NCBI GenBank assembly: GCA_964450145.1 | Contig: CAYVDS010000002.1 | Location: forward strand, 9,978-73,977 | Origin: an uncultured bacterium | Lineage (GTDB): Bacteria; Abyssobacteria; SURF-5 | DNA: 64,000 bases | Reading direction: 5' to 3' | Part shown: in pieces, positions 54,818-61,990 of the stretch | Position numbering within the stretch: position 1 is the first letter of the stretch | How the letters are laid out: the number at the start of each line of letters is the position of its first letter | Made by a program: the position numbers and the translations under genes | The notes under the pieces: generated by a model | What the model was told of the DNA's origin: nothing | The model's database searches: none | What the model saw: the letters and a program-made list of their open reading frames with translations, nothing else

Positions 54818-56596
54818 TTACCCCAGCAACTGAAGCACCGTCTGTGGAATTGCATTCGCCTGCGCCAATACAGACACGCCTGCCGACAGGAGTATCTGGT
54901 CTCTCGTGAACGAGCTTATTTCCGCCGAGATGTCCACGTCTCTGATCGTGCTCTCGGAGGCCATCAGATTCTCCTCGGCGATGTTGAGCGAGCGAAGATT
55001 CGTCTCGAGCGTATTCTGCTGGAACGCGCCCAACTTCGCGCGCAATCTCGAAATCTCATCGATCGCTTCGTCGAGAAGTGTGACAGCGTCATTCGCGCCC
55101 TGGACTGACTGCACATCGATCTCGCTCAGGTTCGCAAAATTGCTGTCGTTCAGAATCCCGAGAGCAAGTTTGTCGGATGAGATATCCTGCACGGATATTC
55201 TCACGACCTGATTCTGATTCGGTCCGACCTGGAACTGCAACGAGTTGTCAACGACCGATATCGTGACTGAGGAGTCCACGGTCGGGACGTTGAAGAACCC
55301 GAAGCTGACATCGAGCGTGCCGACCGCCTCGCCGGCGGCATCTGTGCCGGCGCTCAGCGTCTTGGTCTCGCCCGAGGACATATTCACTTTCGGGCCGGAA
55401 CCGAGCTGGACGTCAAAAGACGCCGCCGTAACTTCGACGTTGAGCGTCGCGCCGTCCACCAGTTCCTGCGACGAGAACGCCGCCTCGAACGTCAGCGCAA
55501 GGGAGCCGCCGTCAGCGTCGTAGACCACGAAGTTCGTGGTCCCCGTCGCAAGGCTCACTGTAGCGCCGTCATCGAGCTGCACGCTGACATCCGTGCCGTT
55601 GGCGGCGGTAACGGTTGCCGTCGCGTAACCGTAGTCCTGGGCCGTTGCAGCGTCCGCGAACAAGACCGTAATGGTCTGTCCGGTACCGACGGCAGTGCTG
55701 TTACCGTCGATGATGATCGAGTAGGTGCCATCGCCATTATCGACGGCCACAAAGTCGCCTGCCGTGGCTTCGGCGTTGATCTCGGCCACAATGTTGGAGA
55801 TCGTGTTGGCCTCGTCTCCCTCGAAGGTTACTATACTGGTGCCGGCCGCAGACACTATCGTGATCGTTGTCGCCGTAAGCGTGCTGCTGCCGTCGAACAC
55901 GGCCTCGGTCGACGAAGTCACATATGCGCCTGTCGCCTCAGACACCACGAGGCTGTGTGCCCCTGGCTCAAGACCGTTCGGATCTCCGTCGCTGCCCGTA
56001 CCCCCGAGCGTCACGTTGCTCAGCAGGCCGAACGTGTCCGAAGTGATCGTCGCGCTTGCATCAGTTATGTTCGTGATGCTGAGGGTGTAAGCGCCGGTCA
56101 TGAGTGTGCTGTTGGTCATCGTCTGCAGACCAACAGTGTTTGGGCTCGTCAGAGCAACTCTGTTCTCGAACGTCCCGTCCAGCAGCGTCTGGATGCTGAA
56201 CTGAGTCGTGTCCGAGATGCGGGTTATTGTCTGAAGAGCGTTCGCGATTTCCGCCTGGTCAGCCGCGAGAGACGTCGCGTTGTTGATGCCCGAGTTGGCC
56301 GCATCGAGCGCGAGCTCGCGCATGCCGATCAGAAGCGAGTTCACCTCGTTGAGAGCGCCCTCAATCGTCTGCACGAGGTTAACCGCTCTCTCCGAGTTGA
56401 CGATTGCCGCGTTCAGGCCGGCAATCTGCGCCCTGAGTTGTTCCGAGATCGCCAGACCGGCGGGGTCGTCGGCTGCGGTATTGATGCGCAGACCTGACGA
56501 CAACCTCTGCACCGACCTGAACAACCGCGAATCGGCAAGGAGCAGATTCCTGTGCGCGGTTATCGCAGTGACGTTAGTGTTAATCCGTAAACCCAT
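54818..56596 (-). CDS. fliC: Flagellin (592 aa) with a long Thr/Ser/Ala/Gly/Asp-rich central domain
   Basis: MGLRINTNVTAITAHRNLLLADSRLFRSVQRLSSGLRINTAADDPAGLAISEQLRAQ...; the C-terminus is QILLSAGVSVLAQANAIPQTVLQLLG. The SD AAGGAGGA lies 5 nt upstream of the ATG at 56596; the track ORF extends to 56668. Confidence 0.97.
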   Translation of the reverse strand: MGLRINTNVTAITAHRNLLLADSRLFRSVQRLSSGLRINTAADDPAGLAISEQLRAQIAGLNAAIVNSERAVNLVQTIEGALNEVNSLLIGMRELALDAANSGINNATSLAADQAEIANALQTITRISDTTQFSIQTLLDGTFENRVALTSPNTVGLQTMTNSTLMTGAYTLSITNITDASATITSDTFGLLSNVTLGGTGSDGDPNGLEPGAHSLVVSEATGAYVTSSTEAVFDGSSTLTATTITIVSAAGTSIVTFEGDEANTISNIVAEINAEATAGDFVAVDNGDGTYSIIIDGNSTAVGTGQTITVLFADAATAQDYGYATATVTAANGTDVSVQLDDGATVSLATGTTNFVVYDADGGSLALTFEAAFSSQELVDGATLNVEVTAASFDVQLGSGPKVNMSSGETKTLSAGTDAAGEAVGTLDVSFGFFNVPTVDSSVTISVVDNSLQFQVGPNQNQVVRISVQDISSDKLALGILNDSNFANLSEIDVQSVQGANDAVTLLDEAIDEISRLRAKLGAFQQNTLETNLRSLNIAEENLMASESTIRDVDISAEISSFTRDQILLSAGVSVLAQANAIPQTVLQLLG

Positions 56597-56648
56597 TGTT
56601 ATCCTCCTTGATACGTGCGCGCCCAACCCAGATGAGCGCCGCCGTTGC

Positions 56649-56666
56649 GCGGGCCTCCTTGCCCGC
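56649..56666 (-). promoter_or_regulatory. Leader hairpin presenting AAGGAG in its loop (candidate CsrA site)
   Basis: The minus strand reads GCGGGCaaggagGCCCGC, about 40 nt upstream of the SD AAGGAGGA of fliC. Confidence 0.4.
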
Positions 56667-56935
56667 AAGCCAATTTCGCAGGTATTGGCCTTGACCTCGA
56701 ATCTTTTTTAGGTCGGATCCGGCGACCATTTCAACCAGGGACTGTTTCCGCGTCAGCCCCCGGCACTCTCCGAAAAAAGGCGAAAGGGAAAACCTAAGAA
56801 GACTAATTCCCAGTTTCTGCTTGAATCCCCGCATTTCTGCCTTTGTCCTTCCCCTTTTGCGCATTCTGCCTTTATGTTTCATTCCTCATTCTTGCAAAGG
56901 CAGGAATCCACTCTTACTGCGAGTTCCATTGGCTT

Positions 56936-56963
56936 ATATCGGCATGGTCAACGAGAAACTTTA
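56936..56963 (-). promoter_or_regulatory. Sigma-28 (FliA) promoter of fliC: TAAAgttt-N-GCCGATAT (TAAA-N16-GCCGATAT)
   Basis: The minus strand reads cTAAAGTTTCTCGTTGACCATGCCGATATaag. The consensus is TAAA-N15-GCCGATAA. It begins 3 nt after the sulfotransferase stop. Confidence 0.8.
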
Positions 56964-56965
56964 GA

Positions 56966-57790
56966 TTACCAATCCTTGTCGCTCGCGTAACCTAATTCGA
57001 TAAGCAGGTCTCCGGCGACCTCTTTGACGGCCTGTTTGTCCGGTGGTTTCAACGCCTCCCTCCACCGGCCGACCGAAGTGCTATAAAGAGCCTTGGACAC
57101 TTGACTTGCGCTTGACTCGCCCGCCAAATTCCGTTCCTTCTCATGGAAAGAGAGCACTGCTGTGTCCCATGGTTCTCCGATGAATGAGAAAAGCCTTTGA
57201 AGGGTGGGGACGGGCTCGTTCACGATCCCCTCATAGCGGACTTCGGCGTATTTCCCGTTAATTAAGTTCTGGTGCGCTCTGCGGCCCGCCCGGATTGCCG
57301 CAACCCAATATTCGGCCGCTTTTCGGGCATTGCGAGTATATTCAATCGGCTGGCCGGTCTGCGGGTTCACCCAGTTCATCTTGAGCAGCGAACAGACGAC
57401 GTCCCGCCAGTCACGAATGACATGGATGAGAGGGCTTTCCGGAAAAAGCTGATGCAAATGTTGAAAGAAGAAGACGTTGTTCGGCGATTTTTCAGCGATG
57501 CGGAGCTTGCCCGACTTCCGGCGGTAATTCTCGAGCAGCGACAGAAGCATCTGCCCGAAAAGACGATTGATATCCGCGGGAGATAGAAAATACTCCCTCA
57601 ACGGCGGAGCGTACGCGGTCTGGAAATTGTGCCAAAGCTCCGCAACCATCGGAGTCACCTTGAGTTCCGGACCACATGCGATGTTCGGATGCGAGTCGAG
57701 GATGACGCGAATCAGCGTTGTGCCCGACCTGCCCGCGCCCCCCACAAAGATCGGCGAACTGCTCACTGCCTTTTCCTCCCGCGGTCTCAT
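56966..57790 (-). CDS. Sulfotransferase, TPST/RaxST-like (Sulfotransfer_3-type)
   Basis: PIFVGGAGRSGTTLIRVILDSHPNIACGPE is the 5-prime-PSB motif and LIHVIRDWRDVV the 3-prime-PB motif. The C-terminal part (VRYEGIV..P...L..LFSFIGEPWD.AVLSFHE) parallels protein-tyrosine sulfotransferases, judged from memory. Confidence 0.8.
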   Translation of the reverse strand: MRPREEKAVSSSPIFVGGAGRSGTTLIRVILDSHPNIACGPELKVTPMVAELWHNFQTAYAPPLREYFLSPADINRLFGQMLLSLLENYRRKSGKLRIAEKSPNNVFFFQHLHQLFPESPLIHVIRDWRDVVCSLLKMNWVNPQTGQPIEYTRNARKAAEYWVAAIRAGRRAHQNLINGKYAEVRYEGIVNEPVPTLQRLFSFIGEPWDTAVLSFHEKERNLAGESSASQVSKALYSTSVGRWREALKPPDKQAVKEVAGDLLIELGYASDKDW

Positions 57791-57813
57791 TGCCGTTCCC
57801 CGCTCGTTTTATT

Positions 57814-57836
57814 ATTACCGCGAAAGCGGGAATCCA
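57814..57836. repeat. R1 hairpin repeat (ATTACCGCgaaaGCGGGAATCCA)
   Basis: Read directly, 24 nt upstream of the sulfotransferase start. Confidence 0.65.
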
Positions 57837-57927
57837 ATATGTGCGAGGTCACTTTCAGCTTTATCGAAAACCTCGTGACATATATCGGCATACCAGCCCA
57901 ATGTCTTCAGTGAGGGGGCTCGGAAAT

Positions 57928-57955
57928 TAAAGGCAATCTCCAACCGTGCCGATAA
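57928..57955 (+). promoter_or_regulatory. Second sigma-28 (FliA)-type promoter, pointing at the GT2-TPR genes: TAAA-N16-GCCGATAA
   Basis: The plus strand reads atTAAAggcaatctccaaccgtGCCGATAAgaa. It has a perfect -10 and the same N16 spacing as the fliC promoter. Confidence 0.7.
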
Positions 57956-57985
57956 GAATTACGGTTACCTCGAACCGACAGGGCC

Positions 57986-58055
57986 GTAATTCGGGACATG
58001 ATGCTCATCGTCAGCTTATTCGGGGACACCTTGCCGCAAGGTGTCCCCGAATAAG
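57986..58055. repeat. R2 hairpin repeat, 1.5 copies
   Basis: GTAATTCGGGACATGATGCTCATCGTCAG + CTTATTCGGGGACACCttgccgcaaGGTGTCCCCGAATAAG. Confidence 0.75.
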
Positions 58056-58064
58056 CGGCCAGAT

Positions 58065-58159
58065 CCTTAGTTAGGAGCCTCTGACCACGCCTCCGGCGTG
58101 ATTAACTGTCAAAGGAAGGGTTTAGCGGATGGTCATTGCGAGCGAAGCGAAGCAATCTC
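58065..58159 (+). repeat. Composite interspersed element R5, copy B
   Basis: CCTTAGTTAGGAGCCTCTGACCACGCCtccGGCGTGATTAACTG...GGTCATTGCGAGCGAAGCGAAGCAATCTC. Confidence 0.7.
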
Positions 58160-58273
58160 TTTACTTTTTCGCCTTCTCTTCTCTTTTCAACTCGAGACTC
58201 GACACTCGGAACTCGAAACCCGCGCGTTTCGCGCGGCTCCCTTTCCCCTTGTTCCTTTCCCCTTTCCCCTTTC
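58160..58273. repeat. Three consecutive short-period arrays (TTCTCTT flavour, ACTCGAG/ACTCGGA flavour, CCCTTTC flavour) separated by the hairpin GCGCGtttCGCGC
   Basis: caactcg agactcg acactcg gaactcg aaacccg ... ccctttc cccttgt tcctttc ccctttc ccctttc, then TTAGGAG and the ATG at 58286. Confidence 0.75.
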
Positions 58274-58285
58274 TTAGGAGTGTAC

Positions 58286-61200
58286 ATGGGCAAAAAGAAA
58301 CGAAATAATCGCAACGTGAGGAAGAACGCCGCCGGTTCTATCGCCCTGTGCATGATTGTCAAGAACGAGGAAGCAAACCTCGCCCGCTGCCTCGAAAGCG
58401 TGCGAGGTCTAGTGTCGGAAATAAACATAGTCGATACGGGTTCAAGCGACAACACCATTCGGCTGGCGGAAAGCCTCGGAGCGAAGATGCGGCGTGAGCA
58501 GTGGGTCAATGATTATAGCCGCGCCCGGAATGCCTCGATTGAGATGGCGCGCGCTGAGTGGATATTGGTGCTCGATGCCGACGAAGTTCTCTCTCCCGAC
58601 GCAATTCATAAGATTGAAGCAGCCGTTCGACGGCCGGGGATAGACGGATACGTGCTCCCGACCCGCAACTACATGAACGATCCGTCCGTGGCGAATTTTG
58701 TGGCGAATGATGGAGGTTATGAACCTGCGCGCGCATTCAAAGGATGGGTCGAATCTCGCAAAGTGCGCCTGTTCAAGCGGCGGAATGGCATTCGATTCGA
58801 GGGGGAGATACACGAGGTAATCGGGCCTTCAATACGCCGCTCCGGCGGAAGAACAGAATTCCTTGATGCGGCAGTCCACCACTTCGGTTTCCTCGCGCCG
58901 GCGGATACGCTCAAGGAAAAGGCTGCGAGGATGCTGGCGCTCGCAGAAGCGAAATGCGAGAGCCAAAACCGCAACTATCAAGCGCACTATGAACTTGGCG
59001 TGATCCTCGCTCAGCTCGGCAGCCTCGAAAAGGCAGAGAATAGTTTCAGAAAAGCGATTGCGCTTCGGGATGATTTTGCTCTGGCCCATTATGATCTGGC
59101 CGTGGTCCTCGCACGAGCCAGTCGGTTCGACGATGCGATTTCAGAATATCGGACCACTCTTAAACTCGACCCGCAGAATGCGGATGCCCTGTGTAACCTC
59201 GCCGTCTGTTTTCAGAAACTCGGTCGCAGCAAAGAGGCCGAGGAGACCTACCGGCTGCTGCTCGAAAAGCATCCGCATGAAAAGCGCGGATGGAACAACC
59301 TGGGCGCATTGCTGGCCTCGATGGGAAAGTTGGCGGAGGCCGAGCAATCGTTTGAGAACGCCGTCCAAATCGACCCCGACTTCTCACTCTCCCTCCAGAA
59401 CCTTAAAAGCATCCGCACCCTGAAAACGCAGAGCGGCGCTTTTGCAACGAAGCGACAACAAAGCAACCCACCCGAATGTCATTCCCGCGAAAGCGGGAAT
59501 CCATTCGATAACAGCAAGTCATTGAACACGTGGTCGTTACCCTCTGCGGCTGACACTGCTTCTCCAACCCTGGCCCTCATCATGATTGTCAGGAACGAAG
59601 AGGACAATCTCAGCGAACTCCTTCCCGAACTCGCGCCCTGTTTCGATGAGATTGTCATCGTTGATACAGGCTCACGCGACAAGACCGCAGAAATCGCTGG
59701 AAAGTTCACCGACAACGTGTTCCATTTCTCATGGATAGATGACTTCTCGGCGGCAAGGAATTTCGCGCTCTCAAAGTGCGAGGCCGATTGGATTCTCTGG
59801 CTCGACGCCGACGACAGGATGCGGCGCGACGATATAGCCGCAATCAGACCTCATATCTCGAAACCGAACAAGGCATATTTACTGAAGGTCGTATCTTCCG
59901 CCGGTGATTCGGACACTGCGGAGTTCATCCAGATTCGCCTGTTCCCGAATATCGAAGGGGTCGAGTGGGAAGGACGAATTCATGAGCAGTTACTCCCTTC
60001 TCTGAAGCGGAAAGGGCTGGATTTCGAGCTGCTGCCGGATGCGACCGTTATCCATAAAGGCTACGACGACGCGAACATGTTGAGACAGAAAACCCGGAGA
60101 AATATACACTTGCTCGAGAAAGAGCGCGATTTGAGACCGGACGACCCCAATGTGCTGCACCATCTCGCGCAGGCCTACGCTATCGTGGGTGAATTTATGC
60201 AAGCTATCGAAACGTCCGAGAGCTTTATTCGGGTCCTTCATGAGCATCCAAAAAGCGAGTTCATGACGTCGGCGATAAATCGGCTTATCCAATGTTATCT
60301 CTTTAAGGGAAATGTTGAGAGGGCGCGCGCGTGGGGCGGGCGGCTCCTGGAAATGGACCCCCAAAACCGGCTCGCGCGCTATTTCATGGGGGAAATACGG
60401 TATCGGATGGGATTGTTCGAGGAAGCCGCTGATTGGTTCAGACAATTCTGCACGACAAAGGAAACGGTCGGCCTGGTTCCCGTGCCGTGGGCTGCTCTAA
60501 ACGCAAACGCGCACAACTACCTTGGACTTGTCTACGAGCGCACCGGCCAGCGCGAGAAAGCGCGCGCCGAATTCCGCACGGCAATTGAACTCGGCGCGAG
60601 AGTCGAAGCGTACAAGAATCTGGCCTTACTATGTCTCGAAGATGGCGATTCCGCCGCGGCGGAGACCACGCTGCGCGCCGCGATAGAGCACGGTCACAAG
60701 AACGCCGACATCTGGACGAATCTCGGCGTCGCCCTCGCGCGCTTGCAGAGATATGACGAGGCCGCGGCGTCGTTTCGGAAAGCGCTCGAAATTGACCCCG
60801 CCGACAAAGCAGCCCGTGAGAATCTCAAACGGCTGGAACACAAGCTCCGATGCGACCTCAGCCTGAACATGATTGTCCGCGATGAGGAGAAGAACCTTCG
60901 CGAGGCGCTAGCCTCTATCGCGAATCTGTTTGACGAGATAGTCATTGTCGACACGGGCTCTCAAGATAGCACTATCGCCGTAGCCGAAGAGTTAGGCGCA
61001 CGAGTCATTCATCATCCATGGACCGACAATTTTGCCGAGGCGAGAAACGCCGCGCTTAAGAATAGCAGCGGTAAATGGGTCTTCTGGCTCGATGCCGACG
61101 ACAGAATCGAACCGCAAGCCGTGCGCACACTTCGTAAATTCATCGCTCGCGAAATTCCATGCGGTGTCTTCTTCCCCCTTGAGTCGACAATCGGGAACAA

Positions 61201-61864
61201 CGGCCAAAGCGTCCAGAATTATACGCTCAGAATGTTCCCGAATACTCCTGAGGTTTCATGGAAAGGCGCCGTGCACGAACAGATAGCGGACAGCCTGCGC
61301 GACTGCGGCATTGACCTCGTGAACTGTCCCGATCTCACCATCCGGCATGTCGGCTACGAGAACGAGGCGGACGCCCTGAAAAAGAACCTTCGGAACCTGA
61401 ATCTGCTCGCCAAAGAACTGGCCTCCAGACCGGATGACCCGTACGTTGTGTTCGCGCTGGCGCAGGCGTTCCTCTTCTTTGGGCAAGAACAGCACGCCGT
61501 CAAATGGCTCCAGCTTCTTTGGAAAGTGCGAGAGGAGAAGGGTGATTCTTCGGCGCGCGACATCTTCTGGATGGCTGCCCTTATGCTCTCGGACTGCGCC
61601 GCGCGCTCCGGTTCCGTCGCTGAAGTCGAGACGTGGCTCGAGCGCGCAATCGAGCTTTCCCCTTCCACCTGGGTCGCATATTTTCTCCTCGGCGAGAGAA
61701 AACTTCTCGAAGGACAGACCGAACGCGCTTCCGACCTTCTCCGCAAAGCGGAAAAGATCGGTATAACTCCGACGTTGGTCCCGCTCGACATAAACACGAT
61801 AAGGGAAAAACTCGAACGATATTTGGAAGAATTAAGGCAGGCGCCAATCGGCAACCATGTCTAA
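58286..61864 (+). CDS. Triple-module glycosyltransferase: (GT2 GT-A domain + TPR) x3 in one 1192-aa polypeptide
   Basis: Three paralogous GT-A starts are present: IALCMIVKNEEANL..IVDTGSSDNT..LDADE, LALIMIVRNEEDNL..IVDTGSRDKT..LDADD and LSLNMIVRDEEKNL..IVDTGSQDST..LDADD. Each is followed by TPR-like helices. The ATG at 58286 has the SD AGGAG 5 nt upstream; the track ORF starts at 58136 inside repeats. Confidence 0.85.
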   Translation: MGKKKRNNRNVRKNAAGSIALCMIVKNEEANLARCLESVRGLVSEINIVDTGSSDNTIRLAESLGAKMRREQWVNDYSRARNASIEMARAEWILVLDADEVLSPDAIHKIEAAVRRPGIDGYVLPTRNYMNDPSVANFVANDGGYEPARAFKGWVESRKVRLFKRRNGIRFEGEIHEVIGPSIRRSGGRTEFLDAAVHHFGFLAPADTLKEKAARMLALAEAKCESQNRNYQAHYELGVILAQLGSLEKAENSFRKAIALRDDFALAHYDLAVVLARASRFDDAISEYRTTLKLDPQNADALCNLAVCFQKLGRSKEAEETYRLLLEKHPHEKRGWNNLGALLASMGKLAEAEQSFENAVQIDPDFSLSLQNLKSIRTLKTQSGAFATKRQQSNPPECHSRESGNPFDNSKSLNTWSLPSAADTASPTLALIMIVRNEEDNLSELLPELAPCFDEIVIVDTGSRDKTAEIAGKFTDNVFHFSWIDDFSAARNFALSKCEADWILWLDADDRMRRDDIAAIRPHISKPNKAYLLKVVSSAGDSDTAEFIQIRLFPNIEGVEWEGRIHEQLLPSLKRKGLDFELLPDATVIHKGYDDANMLRQKTRRNIHLLEKERDLRPDDPNVLHHLAQAYAIVGEFMQAIETSESFIRVLHEHPKSEFMTSAINRLIQCYLFKGNVERARAWGGRLLEMDPQNRLARYFMGEIRYRMGLFEEAADWFRQFCTTKETVGLVPVPWAALNANAHNYLGLVYERTGQREKARAEFRTAIELGARVEAYKNLALLCLEDGDSAAAETTLRAAIEHGHKNADIWTNLGVALARLQRYDEAAASFRKALEIDPADKAARENLKRLEHKLRCDLSLNMIVRDEEKNLREALASIANLFDEIVIVDTGSQDSTIAVAEELGARVIHHPWTDNFAEARNAALKNSSGKWVFWLDADDRIEPQAVRTLRKFIAREIPCGVFFPLESTIGNNGQSVQNYTLRMFPNTPEVSWKGAVHEQIADSLRDCGIDLVNCPDLTIRHVGYENEADALKKNLRNLNLLAKELASRPDDPYVVFALAQAFLFFGQEQHAVKWLQLLWKVREEKGDSSARDIFWMAALMLSDCAARSGSVAEVETWLERAIELSPSTWVAYFLLGERKLLEGQTERASDLLRKAEKIGITPTLVPLDINTIREKLERYLEELRQAPIGNHV
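59478..59504. repeat. R1 hairpin repeat inside the CDS, in frame, at the module 1/2 junction
   Basis: GTCATTCCCGCgaaaGCGGGAATCCAT, translated as CHSRESGNPF. Confidence 0.75.
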
Positions 61865-61990
61865 CCGTGGTGCGAGCCTGCCACTGTGGGGCGAAGCCGT
61901 CATTCTGAGCGTCTGACCGCACCTCCTCCGCTGAGCTTATCCCAAACGCAAAGGATATGGGGGTAAACATCGAAGGCGTAAATTCCGGCA

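Noticed and set aside
56580-56882. 100-aa minus-strand ORF within the fliC leader (MKHKGRMRKRGRTKAEMRGF...)
   Set aside because: Its highly basic N-terminus is simply the translation of a purine-rich repeat tract. It has no SD and overlaps the fliC start out of frame. It could in principle be a leader peptide, but nothing supports that.
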